Source of the DNA: Octopus vulgaris
Lineage: Eukaryota
NCBI GenBank assembly: GCA_951406725.2
Contig: OX597816.1
Span: 66,278,001 to 66,342,000, forward strand
Reading direction: 5' to 3'
DNA: 64,000 nt
Shown piece after piece: positions 39,501 through 52,918 of this stretch (position 1 is its first letter; each line of letters starts with the position of its first letter). A program made the position numbers and the translations under genes. Below the pieces are notes generated by a model. That model saw only the letters and a list, made by a program, of their open reading frames with translations. It did no database searches and was not told the origin of the DNA.

Positions 39501-42500
39501 CGCCAACCACTCCGAAAGTGTAGTGGGTGCTTTTACGTGCCACTAGCACAGAGACCAGTCAGGCGGTACTGGCAACGGCCATACTCAAATGGTGTTTTTA
39601 CATGCCACCTGCACAGGAGCCAGTCCAGTGGCACTGGCAATGACCTCGCTCGAATGTTTTTTCATATGCCAGTAAGGCAACACTGGTAACGATCACGCTC
39701 AAATGGTGCTTTTTACGTGCCACCAGCATGGAAGCCAGACAAACTAGAACTAATAAAAGTGGGTGCTGTTCTCAAAGATTATAACACAATAACAGTTCTG
39801 TCTGGATAAAAGACAAAGATAGTTATGGCATAAACACATTCAGTCAGTAGTTTTTTTAGATTATGGTCAACTTAAGCAACAATGACAGCAAAATTCATGG
39901 AAACCTACAGATGAAAAGTAAACAATGCAAAATGGTAGAATATTTATTATATTTAATTCACTGTAGCCACTGACCTGTACATTACCAATACTAGCTTCCA
40001 TGATGAGTAAACCATTTTTGCTATTGCATCGTATCACAATGTTCCACATAACAATGTAAACAAGTTCCTCAGGTACCCGGTTCACAAGAGATATTCCTAC
40101 CCCTTTTGGCAAAGAAAGCAGACCATGGACAACAATCTGAAAGTAAGAAGAGGGAAACAAGTCAAAATAACTCTTATTTTTCTTTCTGCTAATTAAACTT
40201 TTGTAGAATTAATGATTGATGTTATAGTCTGAAAACAAAATAATTACAAGACAGACAACATCAAAAGCACACAGATTAAAATCAAAATAAATATTCTACA
40301 ATCAGCACTAAGCATTGATCATCGTGGATTTTTGTTGAAAAAAATCATAGATGTACTTAAAAAAAAAATAATAAATGCACTTAAATTCATTTAAATCAAC
40401 TTCTGATCCTCACTTAGCTTTTATAGTTTAACATTCAACAAGCATAATCTATTGTATTTTAGGAGCTTGTAAGCTAATTTAAGTACAAACAATTTTTTAA
40501 AAACAATTTTTCTTGAATAATGTTTATTATAGGCTTAAAAATACTTATCGTCCTTCACTGCTTTCTGGCTCCATTTGACAACTCACACCCTCTCTTCTAA
40601 AATGTGAGTAGTCATGTAGCTCCTCTACAGCAAAAAACCTGTTCTATCCAGGCCCCTTATCTCATACTATTACCCATTATTTGCCCCTCATTTCCAAGAA
40701 TAAAGTTGCCTCCTTGGCGTTCATAGTCTTGCAAACTGCATGACAGCCTCAGTAGAGTTGGTGGCATAATAAAAAAGCACCCAGAACATACTGTAAAGTG
40801 GCGGGTATTAGTAAATGCATTCAACCATAAAAACCAGCCAAACACATTGGTGCATGATGCAGTTCTTAGGCCCATCAGATCCTGTTAAGCCGTCCAACGT
40901 ATATCAGAAAGGAACATGGATGTTAAATGATAATGATGCAAGTAAGTGTGTTTTTGACCTAAACAACCATGATTTATTGCAGGATTCCAATACATTCCTC
41001 AATCAAATTTATGATCATGATACTGGTATGGAATGATTAATGTTTAATATATTCAACAAGTTAGTTTCTCTCTAACTTTTAACAATTCAGACTGCCTAAA
41101 TTTGATAGCCTTTAAGGCATTACTTTTAGTTCAACTCGGCAATAGTCAGTTATAATCATCATCATTGATTATTGTCCAAAGCTCTTTCACTATCATTCAT
41201 ATTAAAAACTTCAAAAAGTTTCCTTTCACCTTCTCCCCACATTGATCAGTTCTTGCTATATCATTGTCCTAAATTTTACTATTATCATGATGTAACAATG
41301 GTACAGTTATGGAATTAGTTTTTAAGATTTTATTCTCAATAGAACAGTTTCTCTGTCATCATAATACAAAATATATTATTTATTATTATTATTATTAGGT
41401 GAAATGGATCTGTGTCTGCATGAGAAATTAACATCAATATCTTCATCAATTAATAACACATTTGTAATCAAAAGTTTATTTCTAATCATTGATCTTGTCA
41501 CAATAGTTTCTTAAAATTATTTCTGTAAAGACTTTCAGTACCCAACAGCCTCCAAAGGTTTCATTAACAAAAAGATCTATATATGTATCTATACATATGT
41601 GTGAGTACATTTGTCCATTTACATTGAAAGGAGAAGATATCCCCAACATTTCCACCAATGTCTGAAAGATACCAAAAAAACTTACTGAAAGAACACACAC
41701 AAAAAAAAAATGGTTTTGAATTACTAACTTTGTTCTTCTGTTGTTCTTTCTCATCATTAGCACGTTTATGTTTTATGTCTGTTGAAGAATGGTTAGGATC
41801 CACCAGCTGTAAATCTTCAAAGTTGGGATCAGCAAAACTCGTGTTCTATAAGGAACAAAACATAAAAAGATAGTAGAAATCTAATAATCAACAAGGCAAT
41901 AGAGGGCAATGGTCATAAATGGATAGTCCATACAATATAAAGATGTGACTAATGAGCTAACAAAGAAGCTTTTATGCTGATGTGGTAGACAAACCCCTCA
42001 CCCTTCTAATCTCTGTGTGAGATTGTGAATAGAACAGAACTACAAACAAGAATCTCAACATAAGACTATACCTAAAGACCAATGTAAAAGACAGGAAAGT
42101 TATTATGATAATACTCAACTACCAGTATTGATATCTGCCCAGTTTACAACAGACCTATACACTGAGGTGATATATACTCTAGAGATTACTCCCAGGATCT
42201 AAAAATAGCAGCAATACAACATGATCCCCACTTCCACCACCAGCACATACAGGGTAGAGTTCTAATTCACTACTAACATAGTAGAAGCACTAACAAAAAA
42301 AAAAATAAATAAATAAATAATTAATGTATAGATCAGATTTCAAAATAATACTGAAATCAAATGATAAAGCAAAAATACAGTTTAAATAAATGTGAATAAA
42401 AAAAAAGTGAATTCTTAAAAGATGGTCAACTACTGCAACAATTTCTAGGTGAAGCATTCTTGCTAGCTTATTTCAATTAAACATCATTTCAGGTGAGGCA

Positions 42501-43983
42501 AGAAGGCTTATATCACTCTTATTAAAACTAAGTATTTAAAGGTACATGGCCTAATGTTTCTAGACACACACATACACACAAATAATGTCACATGCAGAAG
42601 TGTTGAATAAAATATATTGATGTAAAGTCATATTCAACATATTATTTGGATGTAAGACCTTGGCCCACAGAGAGTTCTGAGAGGAAAATCTCCTCTTAGA
42701 CATGTGTAGAACCACAAGATGAGCTGTGAATGACATCACTGGATTATAAGATTCATGCATTTCTAAGTTATTCTTATAACAAAAACAAAAATGAATAAGG
42801 TACATCTATTGATGTGCATAATGCTTGGTCAAGCTAATATCAATTAAAGAATGTTGTATGAAGCAGTGTTGAATAAAATATATTTGTGTAAAGACATATT
42901 CAACATGTTTGAGTGCAGTAGATGCGAGAAGACAGATTTGGTGTTCATAGCAGACAAAGTGAAATGTCACAGAAATGAATGCATCCTATGATCCAAATAA
43001 CATCATCAGCTCATCTTGTGTTTTTATACAAGTCTGGGAGGAAAATTTTCTTCTGAGACTATCTCTGCAGTGGTAGGTCTTCTCATGTCCAATTGCACTC
43101 AAATGAGTTGAGCATGATTTTAATATACACACACACACTTACACATATACTGAAACAAGTCTTGTGACTTGAATTTCACACCACTGCAATTTTCAGGCAA
43201 CAGCTATTACAACTTGGCATTGGTGATGTATGTATAGGCTTTGGTGTGTGTGTGTGTGTGTGTGTTTGTTTATAAGTTAAGTTTGCATGTTTATTGATTT
43301 TATGGTCTCGTCTGTGGTTGTTTGTTATTTTTTATAATGTGGTATTTGTATTTTTTGCAATTATAAGTGTGGGGGGGGGTGTTATTAATTTTTTAGGATT
43401 TGTTGGTGACTTAGTGATGGATGTGCTTTTTTGTCATGTTACACCCTCACAAAGAGGTTTGGTAATGCAAACAGGAAAATAAAACTCAGAATATGAGCGT
43501 ATACATATATTTTATTAATAATTGGAAGAAGATACGCAAAGACCCAGGGATCACAAGTTTCGTACATTGGCGCTTAATATGTAATCAAAAATACACACAC
43601 ACCACCATCATCATCATCATTATCATTTATTGTCGATTTTCCATGCTGGTATTGGCTGAATGGTTTGACAAGAGCTGCCAAGTTTTCTATGACTGAACAC
43701 CCTACTTACCAAACACTTGACAGAGTCTACTGGGTGCCTTTTGCATGGCACCAGCACTGATAAAGTCATCAAGTAACTCGAAAGACAAAGAATCAACTGA
43801 GAAGGAGAGTGGCATTGCAGGAAGTGGCTTTGAGCCAGGTGATAAGAGGTTAAACTATGATTGGGAGACAGAAACGGGTGTGTTACTATAGAGGAGATAT
43901 GTGGCTACCCCAGTTGAGGGGGGGGGGAGACGGCGGTGGGGAGAGGGAAGTAGAAGGGGAATGTAGTGAGTGATCACAGCTCT

Positions 43984-44014
<31 letters not shown>

Positions 44015-45645
44015 GTGGTGAATTGGCTGAGTCATGAGAGTATTTGTTAAATTGCTTTGTGGTATTCATGCTGGCCCTCTGAAATCTGGGTTCAAATACT
44101 AACAAAAAGATCAAGTTTGCTCATCAACTTTTGGGATCAATTAATGAAAAGTCAGACCTATAGGGGCATGGGTTATACCAGGTCTAAAAATATCCAGAGA
44201 TGCCATATGTTATGAGGAAACTCCTATAATTCCTTCAAGAATTGAGTACCCATGGAACTATCCCTCTCTATATAACGCCCCCCCCCATACACACATGGTT
44301 AGCTTTGGAACAGCAAATGCCCTGTGAGTCTTCCCCTCTTACATTACAAGGATAAATTTAAGGATATCTTGAAGCATCATAATATCAATCGCAATTCTTG
44401 GGAAAACCTTGCTGTAAAGCATAACAAATGGAGAACAATATATTTCACTGGTTAAAAATAGTTTGAAGAGAGTAGGAAGAAACATCATGACCAACTTTAT
44501 ATGAATCTTAAGCAGAGGCACCAACAAGAACTAGCCTCGGATGATTTTGTTTGTGGTGGTTGTGGATTCATAGCACACAGCAAGGCAGGGCTCACTTCCC
44601 AGAGTAGAGAGCATAAACCTACTGAAGACTACTTGTCTTTTATAAATTAACCAATGCTCAGCTCAGGACAGGAGAAAGTACGATTTTAAAGGTACAACTA
44701 TCATAGACATTTATTGGTTTACTTGACTTCATCTGCATAGAATTTGATTAATTGTAGGCATAGGAATGGCTGTGTGGTAAGTAGCTTGCTTACTAACCAC
44801 ATCGTTCCATGTTTAGTCCTACTGTGTGGCACATTCGGCAAGTGTCTTCTACTATAGCCTTGGGCCGACCAAAGCCTTGTGAGTGGATTTGGTAGACGGA
44901 AACTGAAAGAAGCCCGTTGTATATATGTGTGTGTATTTGTGTGTCTCCCCAACATTGCTTGACAACTGATGCTGGTGTATTTACATCCCCATAACTTAGT
45001 GGTTCGGCAAAAGAGACCGATAGAATAAGTACTAGGCTTACAAAGCATAAGTCCTGGGGTCGATTTGCTCAACTGAAGGCGGTGCTCCAGCATGGCCACA
45101 GTCAAATGACTGAAACAAGTAAAAGAGTAACTGACCAAAATTTTTTACATGAAGAATAAACAAAAAAATTCTGGCCACTATAATATGCAGAATTAAGCAG
45201 TAAACTGAGCAAAAGCCAATAACTCAAATGGGTCAATGGCATGAATTTTGATAAATAAAGAATGATGTACTTAATATATAGAAAATTGTCAAAGTTGTCC
45301 CTTTTCCCTGCCCCCTAAGTATGTAAATTAACTTTCAGACATTAATTCTTAATTCCTTGAAATTATCTCCCTTTTATTTGAGGGTTGTTTATAATAACAC
45401 TAGGTTTTTGTTTTCTTTCTCTCCAACTAAGAGTGAAATTTTCAATAAATAAAGCATGTTTTGCATATGAGATTTAGTACACTATCCCTTTAAAATCTCA
45501 TTAATCGTGTATATTGAAGGGATAAAATTGGCAGTGATAATTAAATAAAACTAAATGGAGGAAAAAGTAGCTTGAAAAACGAGTATTGTGATTAGGTCAA
45601 TTCTAACAAGATCCAGAATGGGCTACAGGCTCCAACAAACTTTGT

Positions 45646-45680
<35 letters not shown>

Positions 45681-48600
45681 GGGGGAAGAGGGAGAGGGAT
45701 TATGTTTTGAAAATTTATTAGTTTTAGCTAAAATTTCAATAAAAATTTTGTCAAGAAAATATATTTTGTTCAGATGAAAACTGGAATGCAGGAAAAAAAA
45801 AACGAAAAAAAAAAATCGAATATAAAATATCTGAATTTAGATTATGATTCCATTCTCCAATTAGTTTTGGTTTAAATCCTTATCCACATAGAAGACAACA
45901 TATTGCCAGTTCTTAAAATATTACATGCAAAGCTACTGATGATTGGCCAGTCAGTAATAATCAGTTTAAAATAAACAAAGGTTATATATCTATGAGAAAA
46001 AAAAAAAACCCATCATAATTACTTGACAGGGGTAAAAGCTTTCCTTCCAACACAGTGAATATCATTAATGAACGAGAGACTGATTGGGGGTGGGGTTATA
46101 AAGTGATGATGTTAAAGAGGATAGATATTCAAATAAAAGATACTTTTATTATAAGGACAACATATTGATCAAATAGACTGCTTCAAAATATATTTTTTTC
46201 CTTCCTTAAATAATGATTGTCAGATATTATCAGGGATAGTCAAGACAACAGATTGCCAAAATGAGTGCAACACTTTTCTACGTTTGAATTCTGCATGGAC
46301 ATTTAACTTTCATATTCTGGTTGATAAAATAAGTACCAATTAACACAGTGGAATGAATATAATCAATACTATCTTTCCCTTAGAAAATATTGGATTTATG
46401 CCTTACCAAAAGAAAACAATATTTTAATAGTGAAAGGGTGTGACTCAGAGTAAGATTTAAACTGAAATCTATGAGGTATTTAATCAATTTAATCAAGAAC
46501 TCTCCAGCCACAACACTTAAAACAATAACACCTAATTTAGACACAAGGCCAGCAATATTAAAGGGACGTGGTTACTCACTTTATCAACCCCAGTAAATGA
46601 TTGATACTTCACTTTATCAACTCTAATGAAAATAATGGTTTCAAATTTTGCCACAAGGGCAGCCATTTTGGGGGAGGGGATGAGTCAACTACATTGACCC
46701 CAGTGTTTCACTGGTACTTAATTTATCGACCCTGAAAGGATGAAAGGCAAAGTCAACCTTGGCAGAATTTGAACTCAGAACATAGCAACAGACAAAATAC
46801 CACTAAGCATGTCACCCGGCGTGCTAATGATTCTGCCAGCTCACCACCTAACCCTAATAATCTTTTCTACTCAAAGCACAAGGCCTGAAATTTTGGATGA
46901 GAGAGCCAGTTGATTAGATCTACCTCAGTATGCAACTGGTACTTCTCACCACCTAACCCTAATAATAATAATAATAATCCTTTCTACTATAGGCATAAGG
47001 CCAGCAATTTCAAGAAGAAGGAGCAAATCAATTACATCACTGTCTTACTTGACTGGTACTTAATTTTATCAACCCTGAAAGAACAAAAGACACAGTTGAC
47101 GTTGGCAGGATTTGAGCTCAGAATGTTAAGAGCCAGGAGATATGCCACTAATCATTTTGTCCAATGCTCTAACAATTCTGCCAGTAAGTTTGAGAGGAGG
47201 GCCTTAGTTGATGCCATTGACTTCTGTATTTGACTAGTACTTTATTTTATCGACCATTGAGGGATTAAAGGTAAAGATAACCTAGGTAGGTTTTGAACTC
47301 AGACTAGAAAAAAAAAAACTGGAACAAATACCACAAAGGCCTTAGAAAAATTTCTTACACAGGCAAAAAGCTATATATTTTGCAGGTGAAACTAGATGAA
47401 GTATGCATTTTTATCTGAGATGTTACTGGTTCAGCTAATCCACCATCCTTAATGATGTTTTGAATTTTGGAGCAAAGCCAGTAATTTTATGGGGAAGATG
47501 TAAGTCAATTGAATTGACACTAGTACTTGACTGGTACTTTATTTTATCTAGCCTGAAAGGATTAAGAGCAAAGTTGACCTTGATAGAATTTGAACTCAGA
47601 ACAAAAACAGCTGGAAGAGATGTTGCAAATCATTTTGTCTGATGCACTAACAATTCTGCCAGCTGGCTACTCAAAAATTATTTCTAATTTTGGCACAAGG
47701 CCAGCAATTTTACAGGAACAGGGGTGTAGGTCAATACCATCAATACCAGTATGTTACTGGTACTCAATTTTATCAATTGCAGAAAAATAAAAAGTAAAAT
47801 TGACCTCAATGGTATTTGAACTCAGAATGTAATGAATTGCAACTAAATACCATAAGCAATTTTGTCTGATACTCTACTGATTCCACAAATCCACCACCCT
47901 TAATAATAATGATAATTCTTTCTACTAAAGGCACAAGGCCTGAAATTTTTGGGGTGGAGACAAGTCGATTACATCAACTCCAGTGTTTCACTGGTACTTA
48001 ATTTATTGACCCTGAAATGATGAAAGGCAAAGTCGACCTCAGTGGAATTTGAACTCAGAATGTAAGGACAGATGAAATGCTGCTAAGCATTTCGCCCGGC
48101 ATGCTAACTATTCTGCCAGCTTGCTGCCATAATAATAATAATAATAATGATTTCAAATTTTGCCACAGGGTCAGCAATTTTAAGGGAGAGGATGAGTTGA
48201 TTACGTTGACCCCAGTGTTCAACTGGAACTTATTTTATTGACCTCGAAAGGATGAAAGGTAAAATCAAACTTGGTGGAATCTTAATGATGATGATGATGA
48301 CGATACTGATGATGATATAATTTGGCTTATTTAAAAATAATGTTATTAAACTCACCTGAAAATGGCTAGGTGAATGTGATTGTGCACACAAGGTATTGCT
48401 GTAATAGCCACACCTGGTAAGGCAATGGAGTACCTTATCTGCCCCTGGCCTCAGGCCTGGAGCATACCACAGATGTTTAGGCTACAACAAAAGAATGACA
48501 ACACATTCCAAAAGTAAGAAATAGTGAGAGCACAAGACTAAAAATACAAACGAAGAAGTGAGCTTGCAATGCAATTAGGATGCAGCGTGACAGCTCATTA

Positions 48601-49889
48601 GAAAAGATGCTGACTAAAGTTAATTAGCTGCTGACATGCAAGTTATGATGCATACAGCTCTGGGTTTCTTTCTCTCTATAAAGACTTTCTCAGCTTTTGT
48701 ATATAATTTTGAAAAAAATGCCTTTACGACAAGCAAATGATAAGGTTACCAAAATATAAACAAAGGTACAGAGTGTAAAGCTCATTTAAGCCAACTTTTA
48801 ACCACTTCACTTAGTATAAATCTCACACCTTTAGCCCTTCATTTTCAGACAGCTCCCAAGATATTTTCAGATTTTGATTTTGGTTCATCACTTCCTAGCA
48901 AGCAGAACACACACATGTACTGACATGCGCATGCATGTGTGTGCACATGGACACACAAACACGAATTTACTATTGAGAACTAGTTAAGCAAATGTCTAAT
49001 TTGTTTATGATGCACTACACTTTTCTTCAACATCATTTCACATAATAGACTTCCTTCAGTGATTAAGTGGAAAAATATATTTTGTTTCCTGTATGATTTA
49101 GTCTCAATATGCCAATATAGATATTTGGTGTGATATTAAACCACAAAAACACAATGAGACTAAAATGGTAGTACATAAACTTCTACTTAAGAATCTGAGT
49201 GATATTAGAATTGAGATTTGCATTGTCAACTTGCAGAAAAGTGCAATCTTGCATCTTGCAAAAATCTTAAGAAAGATTCTTGAGATTAGAGGAAATCTAT
49301 TATCCCCAAACCTCAAGACAACATCCCTGCCAACTAATGTAGAACATAACAGCTTTAATAATAATAATAATAATAATAATAATCCTTTCTACTATAGAGA
49401 CAAGGCCTGAAATTTTTGTGGTAAGGGATAGTCAATTACATTGCCTCTAATGCTGGACTGGTACCTATTTCATTGATTCCGTAGGGGTGAAAGGCAAAGT
49501 CGACCCTGATGGGATTCAAACTCAGCACCTAGAGACAGGTGAATGCTGCTAAGCATTTTGTCTAGCATGCTAATGATTCTGCCAGCTCACTGCCTTTTTA
49601 ATAATAATGTTAGTAAAAATAATTTTTTTTATTGGTTGACAAGAACTCAAAAAGTTGAGGAAAGAAAAATGGAATGCAAGAACGGTGAAGTTTACATGGA
49701 AACAAGTAACTTCAACAACAATTTAAAAATTAACAAGGTGTAGGAGTGGCTGTGCAGTAAGTAGCTTGCTTATGAACCACATGGTTCTGGGTTCAGTTCA
49801 ACTGTGTGGCACCTTGGGCAAGTGTCTTCTACTATAGCCTCAGGTCAACCAAAGCCTTGTGAGTAGACGGAAACTGAAGGAAGCCTGTC

Positions 49890-49932
<43 letters not shown>

Positions 49933-52861
49933 TATATATGTATGTATGTATGTATGTGTGTGTATATGTTTGTGTGTCTGTGTTTGTCCCCGTAACTTAG
50001 CAGTTCGACAAAAGAGACCGATAGACTAAGTACTAGGCTTACAAAGTATAAGTCCTGGGTCGATGTGTTTGACTAAAGGTGGTGCTCCAGCATGGCCACA
50101 GTCAAATGACTGAAAAGAGTAAAAGAGTAAAGAGAGTGATGGAGACAGCCACTTAGGACTAATCAAGAAACTTCAGGGATCCAAGATTACCTTGACTACC
50201 AATGGAAAGGTCCTTCCCAGCTGTTATTTTCCTTTCCACCTACAGGTACATGCTGAAAATAAGTCCCTTCACTTGGATCATGCTTACCACTCTCACTCAC
50301 CTTTCAACTAATTTACTAGAAGGTAGCATTTTCCACTATCTGCATTAGTTTTCATCAGTTACTGAATTGTATTTTCTTGTAAATCTAAACCACGAAAAAG
50401 ATTCTAGTGTGCAATAAATGAGACAACTAAGCACTGAGTTTATTCTACTCACTCTATAATGAACAAAACATACATATGTTATTTCCAACTAAGGTATTTT
50501 CAAATAATGCCAGTCATATCAGCTAATACTACAATTCCTCAAGATAATATCACTCCTAACCAACACTGAGAACTTTGTAAAAATGATATTGCAAAAAAAT
50601 ACATTATGAGCTATATGGTTTCACTGGATCTCTTATTGAATTAATTTGTCTAAAAATTACTGTAGAGAAATCAGAAATAATATTTTAAATGCACCCCTAC
50701 CCCCAAAAAAGCCAAAAAGGAAAAAATGGAGATGGGACTTGACATTTCCATGCGTTTTATAGTTTTGATTTAAGTAAAATAGTCACAAAGAAGTTGATTG
50801 ATGTAATGATGATATGATGAATAAAAATGTCAACTGATGGTAAAAAATCCGGTTCCTATCAGATCAATGAACTTTGGAAAACATTAGACCATATTGGTAT
50901 TTGGTAGACATTTTGAAAAATTCATTCCTGAGCAAAATGCATCAAAACAGTTCTCTACTAGTTTGCAAAATGAAGAACAATGCATGTCTAAATATTTCAA
51001 ATAAGGCGACAACCATAAGTTTACATAAGGAAAATTTACATCAGGCCAGGAATATACTTGTAAACTAAAAATATGCATTGCAGTCAAGTTTGAATCTTCA
51101 TGTACATAATAAAAGAAATAAATGAAAAAAAAAGGAAGATTTTCAAATATAAAAATGATTCAGAATTGGAGTAGATGTAGAGAGAAAATTCATTCCATTG
51201 ATGTGCACAACTTGGACTAAGATGCATAAATAAATTTAATAATTTATCTTTTATAGAAACTTCAACCTAAAATAATAATTCAAATGAAGTTTTAGTGTTA
51301 AAAATGCTAGACTTTAAAAGAAGTGTTTTTAATAACTACAGCTAATTTCAGTTATTTCAAAAGTAAGATGTAACCTAGCAGTAAAAGTTACTACTCACTC
51401 CTCTAAATTGCCCAACCCAAAATTAAAATAATGCTTGGAGTATAAACACCATTTTATTGATTCAAAAGGGAAGATAAGTAAAGCTGATCTATAGCAGGTT
51501 TGAACTGAGACAAGAGAAGGCAAAAATCTATGTATGTTGTCTGTAAAAGAAATCAAACTTTTAAACCATTACACTAACAAGCCAGTGTAGCATCCTTGTA
51601 AACATAGCATGCATGCAACTGCAATGATGTATACAAATGACCTTCACCTTTTGTTTAATCACAGCCAATGCACACCACATTAGTTAGTCACTGACCTACA
51701 TGTATTACAGTGAATGTAGGCTTAGTGTGATTGGCAGTTTAAGAATAAAAGGTTTAGAAGAGCAATGTTTTTGTGCAAAATATTGTTTCAAATTGAGAAA
51801 ACCTTTAACTAAGACATTTCTAATGTTATGACAGCCCTGGGAGGAGTGTTGTGTGAGACATATACAATGTCATGAGTAGAAAATAATCTCAAACCTGAAT
51901 GAAGTTATATAAAAACAGACAACAATCACACTGTGAAAGCATGTGCTGTGACCCATGAAAATTGTCACCCAATTGTTAGTGAAGTTTCCAAAGAAGTAGT
52001 CATCTGTAAAGGTTTGTGTCCTATGATTTTGAAAAGGAAAATTGAATATGTATGATGTTGCAAAATTTGTGTTGCTTTTGCTGACAAATGAACAAAAAGA
52101 GAAGAATCATGTTACACTCAGTCAGGAGCTGTTTCTTTTGTTTTTCTGTCAGAGAAAACTTCCTGTAAAGTGTCATAACAGAAGAAATATGGGTGTAGGG
52201 TTATGATGAATTGAAGAGGCAATTGTCACAATAGCTTAAATTATCACGGTTCTGATCCATTCAAATATGAAACTGGTTTTGATAATAAGGATGTTACTCA
52301 TGAATTTGTTCCATGTAGTTATTCAATTAATAAAGAATTTTAACTGGATGTTTTGAGATTTTTGAGGGAGGCAGTGGGAAGGTAGAGGCCTGAGACATGA
52401 ACAAACAAAACAGGTTACATTACAACAGCACACTTGATCATGCATTATTCTGTGACATTTAGGCAAAGCATGAGGCACTTCTCTGGACTTGGCTTCTATG
52501 ACCATTTTTGTTCACAAAGTTGAAATTAACCCTGAAAGGTCATTGACTTCAGGTAACAGAAGAAATCAAGAAAAATTTACTCTTAGCTGCACACTACCAC
52601 TGAAAGCATATTCCAAATTGGAAAAATTTTGAGGAGTGGTATATCCATAGTGGTGGGGGACTATTTTGAAGGAGACAAGTCTGATTAAATTCTAAGTAAA
52701 GCAATATATGTATTTTTGGTGAAGCTGATATATTCATTTTCCCACATGAACCTACTTGGGAAAAAGAGTAGCAATTGTCTCTCCAGCCTGTGGAAAAGTG
52801 AAACCAGCACTGTCACTAAGACATGGTAAAACAACAGAATTATGACTTCCCCTAGGAAACA

Positions 52862-52918
<57 letters not shown>

